Shown here: one piece after another, positions 48,855-59,960 of the stretch
Position numbering within the stretch: position 1 is the first letter of the stretch
How the letters are laid out: each line of letters opens with the position of its first letter
DNA from: Mobula hypostoma
Taxonomy: Eukaryota
Direction: 5' to 3'
Length of the DNA: 64,000 bases
Assembly: GCF_963921235.1 (NCBI RefSeq)
Contig: NC_086097.1
Span: forward strand, 172,734,001 to 172,798,000
The notes under the pieces: model-generated
Databases searched by the model: none
The model's input: the letters and a program-made list of their open reading frames with translations, nothing else
Told to the model about the DNA's origin: nothing
Program-made: the position numbers and the translations under genes

Positions 48855-49240
48855 GTTAAGAGTTAAAAATACACTTGGACTAAGATGTTAACTGTCCTGT
48901 GCTATCACCAGTGGGATCATCAGTTGATCTGCCACCTGTCTTCAGGAGTTTCGGCCCACTTATGATCAAGACTCCCTCGAGGTGGTGGGCCAGCAGTGCT
49001 AAAGCAGCACCTCCTACTGGTGAGCTTAAAAACTTGGCATCTGCCTCTATCAGTTACTTCCATCCAACAGATAGTCTACTCTTCAGGTGTCTATGCAACT
49101 ACTGAAGGGTTTGCAAGATATGTATACACTGTCTGACTATCTGCCCCTCTGGACATACTTGGTCCACACCCATGCTGATCCTTTCTCTGCTGCCTCAGCT
49201 ACAGCCCTGCTGGTTGACTTGATCTCTCTTCTAGTAAATT
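48855..49240 (-). mobile_element. Hero-clade (R2 superfamily, restriction-like endonuclease) LINE 3' fragment
   Basis: Minus strand encodes FTRREIKSTSRAVAEAAEKGSAWVWTKYVQRGR*, matching the AE.AE..S.W.W C-terminus recalled for Hero ORFs. A ~280-nt structured 3' UTR follows. Confidence 0.75.
48910..48976 (-). ncRNA. Candidate non-circularly permuted (pseudoknotted) hammerhead ribozyme
   Basis: GGGAGU C UUGAUC AUA AGUGGG CC GAA ACUCCU GAAGACAGGUGGCA GAUCAA CUGAUGA U CCCACU: three ~6-bp helices plus CUGAUGA, GAAA and a GUC triplet. Confidence 0.7.
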
Positions 49241-49699
49241 AATTCAAACATGGATTACCTTTAATAAATGTGCTGAATTTCATATGCACACTTAAGTGCT
49301 GATTAATTTGATTTCAGATTATTGTCTCAAAACATTTTCCCACCAGAACTGTGTATGTCATAAAGAGCTATAGTAGATACAAACTGAACATCCCGATTGA
49401 AGCCAGGGCATGGATGGTTAACTGAGGTACTAAAGGGATTATTTCTCAGATTGGTGGGTAGGGAGCAATGGTGCCACCAAGAGGAAAGTGCTGGGATGAC
49501 AGATCTTTCTGATATAAGAAGAAGTGTTGTGGATATAATTTTAATATGTGCAGATAAGACAAGACTCTGAAATATGCTAAATAGTGAAGAAGATCACAGT
49601 GGAGTTTCCAGAGAACATAGACAGAAATAAGACACTCTAATAAGATAATGAAAGAAGACAAAATAATGCCTTCATTCAAAACAGCACCATAGTTGGGAT

Positions 49700-50810
49700 G
49701 GTAAAAAAAGGACATTTGGTACGCTGGCCTTCAATATACACTCAGTGGCCACTTTATTAGGAGCATCCTGTACCTAATAAATTGCCCATTGAGTGTATGT
49801 TTGTGGTCTGCTGCTGCTTTAAGGTTTTTAAGGTTTGGGGTGTTGCCCATTCAGAGATGCTCTTCTGCACATTACTGTTGTAATGTGTGGTTATTTGAGT
49901 TATTGTTGCATTTCTCTCAGCTTGAAACATTCTGGCAATTCTCCTCTGACCTCTCTCACCAAAAAAACTTCTCTCAGAATTGCTTCTCACTGGGTTTTTT
50001 GTTGTTGTTTCTTGCACCATGCTCTGTGAGCTCTAGACGTGCTTAAGAATTCCAGGAGGTCAGCAGTTTCTGAGACACTGAAGTTACTCCGCTGGTACTA
50101 ACAATCATTCCACGATCAAAGTCAGTTAGATCACATTTCTTCCCTATTCTGATGTTTGGTCTGAACAACAACTGAACCTCTTGACCATGTCTCCATGCTA
50201 TTATGCATTGATTTGCTGCCACGTGATTGGCTGTTTAGATAATAATGAGCAGGTGTACCAAATAAAGTGGCCACTGAATGGAGGAGTTGAATGTCATGTT
50301 GCAGTTATACAAATGATTGGTGAAGCCACACTTAGGAGTATTCAGTATTTGGTTTTGGCCACCCTGTTATAGGAAAGGCATGGCTAAACTAGAAAGAGTG
50401 CAAAGAAGATTTACAATGATGCTGCCAGGACCAGAGGACCTGAGTTAAAGAGAGAGGTTGGCCAGGCTAGGCCGTTATTCCCTGGAATGTAGGAAAATGA
50501 AGGGCAATCTTATAGAAATATTTAAAATTATGAGGAGCACGGGTAGGGTGGACAGTAAGTCTTTTCCCCAGGGTAGAGGAGTTCAAAATTAGTGGGTATA
50601 GATTGAGGGTGAGAGGAGAAAGATTTAAAAAGGATCTGAGGGGCAATATTTTCATTCAGAGAGTGACAAGTATATGGAACAAGCTGCCAGAGGAAGTGGT
50701 CGAGGCAGATATAATAGTATCATTTAAGAAGCATCCAGATAGATACACAGAGGGGCAGAACTTAGAGGTTGAAAGGCCAAATGCAGGAAATTGGGATGAG
50801 CTTGTTAAGG
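49700..50810 (+). mobile_element. CR1-type LINE 3' fragment split by the Tc1 element
   Basis: KK..FGTLAF lies to the left of the Tc1. VMLQLYK...KDLRGNIFIQRVTSIWNKLPEE lies to the right. Confidence 0.82.
49739..50280 (-). mobile_element. Non-autonomous Tc1-like DNA transposon
   Basis: TA|CACTCAGTGGCCACTTTATTAGG ... CCAAATAAAGTGGCCACTGAATG. Minus-strand HTH remnant ERGQRRIARMFQAERNATITQITTHYN. Confidence 0.88.
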
Positions 50811-52155
50811 ACAGCCAGCTCCCCACTGACTGCAAGAATACAGTCAAACAAACTCCACAGGAAGCCACCTAGCAGGATATTCAGGGTAGGGTTGCTGCTA
50901 GGCAAAGTACAAACCCTGGCTTTAACAGGGTTTCAAGGTGGTTTAATATCATTGCAGGTTCAGGCTTAATTATCATATAACCATACATGAATTGCCATGA
51001 ATACAGCTAAAGGAAACAGTGTTACCTCGGGCCCAAGAAGCAAAGCACATGACCAACAGTCAAACACAGCACAAGGCACGTATAGCAGTAAAATAGTTAC
51101 ACAAAAAATATATTGGCTAAGTCCTGAGTCCATAAATGTACAGCTTGTCTTCTGTGTAGTGAACACTGGGGGACAGCACTGACTCCAGCTTGGATGCCAT
51201 GCCATACCACCTAGAGTGGATCGCGTGGGCTCCGATGCTTCTCTCCTGGGTAGCTGTAAACAGGCAACACCGTGGCTTGAGGCCTAGTCCTTGGTACAAT
51301 CTAGGCCACGCATGTCTCCTGCCATCTGCCAATAAGCTAGTGATTCAGACTTAGAGTACACCACATAAATAATGTCCAACAGCGTCTTATGATCACAAGA
51401 AAAGTGACTAAGATGATCATTCGCTGTTAGACTGCACAATGCCTTCGCGCAGCAACTCCTCCGCCACCTCTCAAACACAGGTCTAGCTCCTTCAGTTTCT
51501 CCGCTAACAAGCAACTCATTGATGGGATAGACCTACAGTGCTTTAAGCTCTTAATGTCCATCAGGGTCTTCCGATCATAAAAAGTGCAATTTAAAAAGAC
51601 AATAACACCTTTGGTTGGCCCTGTAAGAGCTGCTGCATCCAAGTGCACTGCCATCTTACCAGAATTACACAAGTGTAAAGGAGAACGAAATAATTGTTAC
51701 TCCAGATCCAATGCAGTACAAATAAAACAAAATAAGATAAGGAATGCAATAATGAGAAAACATAATAAATGTAATACATAAGATACCTTTTTTTTGAGAA
51801 AGAGAAATTGATTATATGTATATAAGGTGATGCTAGGTAGATGAGTGTCTGCACATATGATAGGAAGTGATATAGTGTTTGTGGCAACTGCAACTGGTCT
51901 AACTCTGCCCACAGAAGAACACAATAGGTCCTCACACCTGGTATCCCACCAGAGAAGGGTTTGAGAACACTGGGACTGTGAGCTTTAGAATTTAGAAGAA
52001 TAATTGGAAATTTTATGGAGAGTTCAAAATTCTTATTTCGCTTGACAGGTCGAATTCAGGAAGGATGTTTGCCCTTTTGAGGAGTCTGACACTGGGGGCA
52101 TAGATTCAGAACAAGGGGCAGGTGATTTACAACCAAGATTAGGAGAAATTTTCAC

Positions 52156-53305
52156 TCAGGTTATGCTGAAATTGATGTTTATGCCATCAGGTTGGAGGCT
52201 ACTGAGACGGAATATGATGTGTTGCTCCTCCAGCCTGAGTGTGGACTCATTTTGGCAATAGAGGAGGTCATGGATCAACATGTTGGAATGAGAATGTGAA
52301 GCTGAATTAAAATAGGTGGCCATTGGGAAACCTTGTATTTTGTGGTGGACAGAGTGAAGATGCTCAACAAAGTGGCCCCCCAATTTACGTGAGATCTCAC
52401 CAATGTAGAACAGGCCACATCAGGAGCACTGGATGCAATAAATAACCCCAACACACTCACTGGCAAAGTGTTGCCTCACTTGGAAAGACTGTTTTGGACC
52501 CTGAATGGTGGTGAGGGAGGAGGTGTAGGAGCAGGTATAGCACTCGTCCCGCTTGCAGGGTTAAATGCCAGAGGGAAGATCAGTGGGGAAGGTTGAGGGA
52601 ATCACGTAGAATCTGATCCCTACAGAAAGCAGAGAATGAGAGGAAAAGGAAAGATGTGTGATAGGATACCATTATAGATGATGGAAGTTAAAGGAAATGA
52701 TCTGCTGGATTCAGAGATTCATGGAGCATTAGGTAAGGATAACGGGAACCCTAACCCTGTCATGGCAGCGGGAGGATGGAGTGAGGCCAGATGTGTGGAA
52801 AATGGCACCCGCATCTTCTCCTATTCCCAGTTCAGCATGTTGGCCCATGGACTCCTCTACTGCTATAATGAGACCACACTGATATTCTATCTGGGTAGCC
52901 TCCAACCTAATGGCACAAACTTCTGATTGTTTCTTCACCCCCCCCCCCCCATTTTACGTTCCCCATTCTAGCTTCCCTCCTACATCTTTTCCTTCTCCTT
53001 ACCTGCCCATCACCCGCCTCTGATTTCCCTTCTCTTTCCCTTTCTCCCATGGTCCACTGTCCTCTCATATCAGATTCCTGCTTCAGCCCTTTACCTACTT
53101 CACCTATCACCTCCTGGCCTCTTATTTTATCCCCCCCTCCCCACCCAACCCACCCACATACTCTCTCACCCTCCTCCAACCTTGTTATTCTGGCTTCTGC
53201 CCACTTGCCTTCCAGCCCAGAAAAAGTGTCTCGTCCCAAAACATCGATTGTTTGTTCCTCTCTATCGATGTAGCCTGACTTGCTAAGTTTTTTCAACACT
53301 TTGTG
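52156..53305. mobile_element. Penelope-like element in inverted arrangement (minus-strand GIY-YIG part, then plus-strand 3' end with pseudo-LTR)
   Basis: Minus-strand LRLEEQHIIFRLSSLQPDGININFS (52156-52383); plus-strand LIFYLGSLQPNG (52810-52926); CT-rich pLTR with a decayed hammerhead at ~53215-53250. Confidence 0.8.
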
Positions 53306-53479
53306 GAAGTCTAAAAGAGAGGCGCATAACAGCTTCCATTGCAGGAGCAGAGGTGAATAAAGGGAAGAAGAGAAAATGAGGAGGAGTGGGAGAACTTGTT
53401 CACTTTAGAATCTTTTGAAACCTACTGAATATTGAAAGGCCTAGACGAAGTAGACAGAGCAGATGAAAAACGATCTAGT

Positions 53480-53940
53480 GCTTTCCTGGCATATATGATG
53501 AATAAACTCTTCTTGGGCTTCTAATCAGGTACAGGTATCGATTTTAACCAATGTTTCAATGACAAACTCTTCCATCTTCATCAGGGATGATGCCTGGGCA
53601 TGTCTAGTCTGGTGGTATTTATACCCTATCGTCTGTCCCTCCTGATTGGTTAGTCCTCATCCAATCAGGTTTCCGTTGTCCCACCTTGTTTACAATTGAA
53701 TTTCAGTTCGTTGAAGAAGACCTTCATCTTTGTCAAAATTCTTTTCCTCTAATCTTACTTCAATGGCTTCCTTCACTAGGTAGTCCCAAAAGCCATTGGC
53801 GTGGCACAGTCGTTTTGTGCCATTGAAGTCAATCCTATGGCTTTGGTGAATGCAATGATCTGCTCCCGCCAATTTCTCCAGGTAACCTATATGGATACAC
53901 TTCCTGTTTTCCTTGAGGCTATCTGAGGTGCACACCATTG
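53480..53940 (-). mobile_element. Second Penelope-like family, 3' end
   Basis: ADHCIHQSHRIDF...LVKEAIEVRLEEKNFDKDEG (GIY-YIG C-terminus). The 3' UTR has CTGATGA...GAAAC at 53548-53586. Confidence 0.82.
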
Positions 53941-54081
53941 GGGAGATTTAATAGGTAGTGGAAGCTTGTCAACATTACTATCCCCAGCTGGAATATGACA
54001 TGAAATTTGCAGTGCAATAAGTTTTATACAGTTGTGCAATAAATTTAAAAAATTACAATAAGCTATGTGTAATAAGAAATG

Positions 54082-54660
54082 CAGTGGATCCTGGTTAACT
54101 GGGATACATCGGGACCAGACCATTTTGGCCCAATTAAGCAGTTGCCCAAAATAAGAAAACAAATAAACAAATTACTGGCTGCATGGTGCCACAACAATCT
54201 TTTACTCAATGTCAGTAAGACCAAGGAGCTGATTATTGACTTCAGGTGGAGGATAAAACCAGAGATCCCTTAGCCAGTCCTTATCAGAGGATCAGAGAAG
54301 GAGAGGGTCAGCAACTTTAAATTCCTCGGTGTTATCATTAGAGAGACCCTGTCCTTAAAAGTTCATGAAGATTCAGCATGACGTCTAAAATTTAACAAAC
54401 TTCCATGAAACAAAAATACACTTTTTGAACACAAAAATACGCACCTGATGCTATTTTAAAAATTGTTTGCTTTAAGCGCAGTGTAGTGTCTAATGATCAC
54501 ACAAGTGCATGCGACTGGCACTAGTTAGAAACTGTTCAGCAACAGTCTCCTGTCCTAATTAATGGCATAGTGTCCCAATTAAGCAAAGGGAATCCTGGTT
54601 ATTTTCTTGTTTAGTTTTTGTTCTTTAAGAGTTGTCCCAAATAATTGGCCATCCCAATTA
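54082..54660. mobile_element. Tigger-like MITE interrupted by a Rex1 fragment (~54172-54410)
   Basis: CAGTGGATCCTGGTTAACTGGGA head with repeated CCCAATTAA/GTCCCAA subterminal motifs. The inner segment encodes NVSKTKELIIDFR. Confidence 0.5.
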
Positions 54661-54664
54661 AACA

Positions 54665-55115
54665 GATTCCAGCATGTTGGTCCATGGCCGCCTCTTGTGC
54701 CAAGATGAGGCCACCCTCTGGATTAAAGAGCAACACTTTATATTCCGTCTAGGGAGCCTCCAACCTGATGGAATGAATATCAATTTCTCCTTCCAGTAAA
54801 CAAAATTTCGACCCCTTTCCTCTATTCTCCACTCTGACCTTTTACCTCTTCTCACCTGCCTACTGCTTTCCCCTGGGTTCCCTCCTCCTCCTCTTTCTCT
54901 TACAGTCCACTCTCCAACACTTGACCTTTCCCTCCCACCTGGCTTTGCCCACCACCTTCCAGCTAACCTCCTTTCTCTCCCCCCACCTTTTCATTCTGGT
55001 ACCTTCTCCCCTTCCTTCTCAGTCCTGAAGAAGGGTCTCGGCTCAAAGTGTTGCCTATTCATTTCTGTGGATGCTGCCTGACCTGCTGGCTTCCTTCAGC
55101 ATTTTGTGTGTGTTA
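54665..55115 (+). mobile_element. PLE 3' end and pseudo-LTR
   Basis: EQHFIFRLGSLQPDGMNINF; decayed hammerhead at 55021-55056. Confidence 0.82.
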
Positions 55116-57059
55116 CAAAATAGTGAGATAGTGTTCATGGACTGCTCAGAAAGCTGATGGCAGAGGGAGGAAGCTGTTCCTAAAACACTGAGTGTGTGGT
55201 TTCAAGCTCTTGTAATACCTCCTCCCTGGATAGAGGCCACGTCCTGGATGGTGAGAGTCCTTAACGAAGGATGTCCCTCAGAACAGAGTTGAGGAGGCAT
55301 TTCTTTAACTAGTGTGTGCTGAATCTGTAGAAGTCATTGCTACAGACAGATGTGGAGAGTAAGTCCTTGGGTATATTTAAAGTGGGGGTTGATAGGTGCT
55401 TCATTAGCGAGAGTCTGAAAGGTTTCAGGGAGAAGGCAGGAGAATGGGGTTGATAGGGGAAGTCAGTGGGACATCACAGTAGCATAGTGATTGGTGGGAT
55501 GCTATTACAGCTCAAGGTGTTGGAGTTCAGAGTTCAATTCCTACAACGCCTGTAAAAAGTTTGTTCATTCTCATCACAGGGTTTCCTCTGGATGCTTTGG
55601 TTTCCTCCCACAGTACAAGGATGTACCAGTTAGTAGGTTAATTGGTCATTGTAAATTGTCCTGTGATTAGGCTGGGGTTAAATAGGTGGATTGCTGGGCA
55701 GCACAGCTCATTAGGCGGAAGGGCCTATTCCACATTGTATCTCCAAATAAACTAAAAAAATAAATCAGCCAAGGTAGAATTGTATACAGGAGTTGATGGG
55801 CTGAAGGGCTAATTCTTCTTCTATGTTGTGTGCCTTATGGGCTACAGTCTGTCTGTTTTTATTCCTGTTCCATTCACGGAGTCGGTCAAGAAGTTGAATG
55901 TTTATGTTAAAATGCCATTGGTTCGGTCCAATTTGCTTCATTTGGCTCTCCTGGTGCCTCTAGCCCCATCTGGTGGATAACTACTAATCCTGCTCCACAA
56001 CCAAAACCTTACTCTGAAAGGAATAGCACCTCATATTCCATCTCAATAGTCTACAACCTGGCAGCGTGAAGAATGAATTCTCCAATTTCAGGTAACCTTC
56101 TCTCTTGCTGACCATTTTTACTCTTCTTCTGATGAGCTCAGCTCCTCTCACACCTTTCCTTACAACTACTGTTTTTGTACCTGTCCTTCACCCACTTCAT
56201 CTGCTGATCACCCATACACTCCCCCCACTGGGTCCCCCCCCCAACCTGTTCTCTCCAACTCCCACGTGAGGTTCTGTGCTCCACTTCCCCTCCAGCTGCC
56301 TCAGTAAAACAGCCAGCATAATCAAAGATCCCACCCACCCTGGACATCAGCTCTTCTTCCCTCTGCCATCAAGCAGAAGGTACAAAACCCTGAAAGTACA
56401 GACCACCAGGCTCAAGACAGCTTCTACCCCACTATTATCAGACTCTTGAAGACACCTCTGGTACAATAGGATGAACGCTTGGCCTCACGTTCTATCTCAT
56501 TATGACCTTTCACCTTATTCTTTACCTTCACTACACTCTCTGTATAGCTTGTACACTTTATTCTGTATTGTTACTGCCTTACCTTGTTCTACCTCAGTGC
56601 ACTGTGTAATGATCTGATTTGTATGAACAGTATGCAGGACAAGCTTGTCACTGTATCTGGGTACATGTGACAATAATAAACCAATACCAATAATGTTTCA
56701 GGGTAGTTAAACTGCATGAAACATTGGCAATTTTCTTGCTGAACACTGCACAATAGGAGAAATTTTGCTAAATTGGTTTAATATTGTCATGTGTACCAAT
56801 ATACAGAGAAAATATTGTTTTCTAGATTGTTCATACTGATCAATTCATTACCATAAGATATAGGAGCAGAATTAGGGCTGATCCGGGATCCCACTCAACT
56901 CCATACACCTGCCTTCTCTGTAATATATGACATCAATGTATTGAGGTGAAACAATAACAGGATGCGGAATAAAATGTTACAGTTAATTTTGGAGTGGCCA
57001 TTGTGAAGTGGGCCAGGGTAGAAGTAGGAATTAGAAATTAAATCAAACAGGTGTACAGG

Positions 57060-57720
57060 ATCAGCAGGTGGACCCCACTGTGCTTCCTGGTGATTACATC
57101 TGTGGTAAGTGCTGGTTGCTTGAGGAACTCAGGTTCAGTGTTGATGACTTAGAATCAGAACTTCAAACACTGCGATGCAACAGGGAGGGGGAAGTTACCA
57201 GGGCACTTTGTTTCAGAAGGCAACACACTCAAAATGCTGGAGGAACTCAGCAGGCCAGGCAGCATCTAGGGAAAGGAATATAACAGTTGACTTTTTGGGC
57301 TGAGACTTCTCATCTGTGGCCAAAACGTCAACTATTAACTCTTTTCCATAGATGATGAACTCCTCCAGCAATTTGTGTGTGTTGCTTGTATTTTCATCAT
57401 CATCAGATTTTCTCCTGTTTCAGAAGGCAGTTGCACCCATTAAATTAACCACTTCAAATTTGGTCTGTGGTCAGGGACAAGAGGGTATGATTGTAAATGA
57501 GGCAGGTGGTGGGATCCAAGAGGTAGTGCTAAAGGAGCCTAAGCCCTTGAGCTTGTACAGCAGGTCTGAGATTCATGCTCCCTGTACAGATAAGAGTGGA
57601 GCTGCAGGAAGGATATCAACCAAACCTTGGCACTGCGGCTCAGGGAGCAATTCAAGATGCAGGAAAGAAGAAAAATGTAGTTATAATTAGGGATAGTTTA
57701 GTCATGGGAATAGAGTCAAT
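57060..57720 (+). mobile_element. CR1-type LINE ORF1 remnant
   Basis: YICGKCWLLEELRFSVDDLESELQTLR (zinc finger and leucine zipper) and VIIRDSLVMGI (GDS esterase-like start). Confidence 0.72.
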
Positions 57721-58449
57721 AGAAGGAGGCATTATTTCCTGAGGAACACACAAAAACTGCGAGAGGAACTCAGCAAATCAGTCAGCATCTATGGCGGGAA
57801 ATAGACAGTTGACATTTATTCTCCATAGATACTGCCTGACTTTCTGAGTTCCTCCAGAAATTTGTGTGTTGTTCAATATTTCCTGCATCTCTAGAATCTC
57901 TTATTTCCTGAGAGCAGAGTCCGGCACAGGCCGGAATAATTCAGTGGTTTAAGCAGCATCTGTGGAATCAGAAACACCTAATGTCTCACGTCTCAGAATC
58001 AGTGTGGATCAGAATCGGAATTATTATTAGTGACTTAGATGACGTGAAATTTGTTGGCTTGCAGCAGCAGAAGTAAACTGCCATTAAACCTTGTTACTTC
58101 ATTACTTTCAGTTTAAGTCACTTGATCGATGCTGCTATCAATCAGTTGTCTGTCATTTTAATTAGTCAAACTCCTTTCTGACCTCACTAACTGTGACCTG
58201 CTACACTGTTATAACAAGGCACAAAGTAAGCCTGAGGAACAGCATCTCATCTTCCTGCCGGATTCAACAATTTTGGGTAACCAGCTTCCTCTTTTTCTGT
58301 CAGAACTTTTCAGTTCTGCTGTAGAACATCCATTATAATACTGACTCAGTTCTTCATTCTCTACCAGTAGGCCATGATCTGCTGGTTGAGTTCCAGTTAG
58401 GATATATTGGTGAAGCCTCACCTGGAATATTGTCTACATAAAATTGTGA

Positions 58450-58980
58450 GAAATAGGGGCAGAATTAGGCCATCAGCCCATCAAGTCCGCTCCACCGTTC
58501 AAGCATGGCTGATTGTTTGTTTCAACCCCATTCTTACAGCTGCCCATAACCCTTAACCCCCACCCCCCCTTATCAATCAAGAAAGGATCAATCTCTGCCC
58601 AATATACCACCAAAATATTTGGCCTTCACTGGCCATCAACAAACTTTACAGATCTACCAACTTCTGGCTGAAGAAATTCATCCTCATATCAGCTTTATAG
58701 GAATGCCCTTTTATTCTGAGGCTGTTCCCTTGGATCTCAGACCCTCCTACTAATGGAAAAATCCTCTGCACATCCATTCCATAGAGGCCTTTCAGTATCT
58801 GGTAAGTTTCAATGAGGTTTCTCTTCATCCTTCTAAACTCCATCAAATATAAACCCAGAGCATCAAATTCTCCTCATACTGTGCATTAAGCCTTTCATTG
58901 CTGGGATCATTTTAATTAACCTCCTCTGGACACTCTCAAGGGACAAGACAATCTTCCTTAGGTATAGAAACTAAGATTGT
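58450..58980 (-). mobile_element. CR1-type LINE 3' fragment
   Basis: EFRRMKRNLIETYQILKG...NFFSQKLVDL (ORF 58646-58846). Confidence 0.82.
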
Positions 58981-59221
58981 CTCAATTTTCCAAATGTTCA
59001 GTTTTTGTAACCCTGTTGTAGGAAGGAAGTTATTAACCAGGAAGAATACAAAGAAGATATCGTCAGCATGCATGAGTTGAGCCAAAGGGTCTGTTTTACT
59101 ATGTAACTCTAATTTCATCAGCAAGAAAACAATATAACAAATATGATGGCAAACTCAGCAGGCATTGAAGGAAAGCAAGAATCATGGCAATGCGGTTCAA
59201 TGGAGCTTGAGAACTGCGATC

Positions 59222-59860
59222 ATAGTGTGTTAGAGGGAGTGTGGGAACTGCGGTCTCTGTATATTAGACGGAGTGTGGAACTGGAGTCTTGGTGTGTTAG
59301 AGGGAGAGTGGGAACTGGGGTCCCAGTGTGTTAGAGGGATTGTGGGAACTGGGGTCCTGGTGTGTTAGAGGGATTGTGAGAACTGGGGTCCTGGTGTATT
59401 GCAGGGAATGTGGAACTGGGATCCCAGTGTGTTAGAGGGAGCGTGGGAACTGGTATCCCGGTGTGTTAGAGGGAGAGTGGGAACTGGGGTCCCATTGTGT
59501 TAGAGGGAGAGTAGGAACTGGGATCCTGGTGTGTTCGTGCGAGTGTAGGAACTGAGATCCCATTGTATTAAAGGGAGTTTGGGAACTGGGGTCCCAGTGT
59601 ATTAGAGGGAGAGTAGGAACTGGGGTCCTAGTATGTTAGAGGGAATGTGGGAACTGGTATCCCAGTGTTTTAGAGGGAGTGTAGGAACTGAGATCCTGGT
59701 GTGTTCATGGGAGAGTAGGAACTGAGATCCCAGTGTGTTAAAGGGAGTTTGGGAACTGGGGTCCTAGTGTTTTAGAGGGAGTGAGGGAACCGGGGTCCCA
59801 GTGGTTTAAAGGGTTTGTGGGAATTGGGGTCCTGGGGAGTTAGAGGGAGGGAACAGGAGT
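59222..59860 (+). repeat. G-rich minisatellite, ~34-bp unit, about 19 copies
   Basis: Consensus GTGTGTTAGAGGGAGTGTGGGAACTGGGGTCCCA, repeated head-to-tail. Confidence 0.95.
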
Positions 59861-59960
59861 CACTGTGATCAATACAGGACTGAAGGTGTTACACTTGAAT
59901 GTACGTAGTATATGGAACAAGGTAGATGAACTTGTAGCACAGTCACAGATTGGGGCATGT

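Noticed and set aside
49318..49373. Possible exon 2 for the leader at 46316 (atttcag|ATTATTGT...)
   Set aside because: The phase-1 reading stops after 18 codons and there is no domain signature.
59222..59860. CRISPR-like array (34-bp periodicity)
   Set aside because: The units are head-to-tail with no unique spacers, there are no cas genes, and the context is vertebrate; this is a minisatellite.
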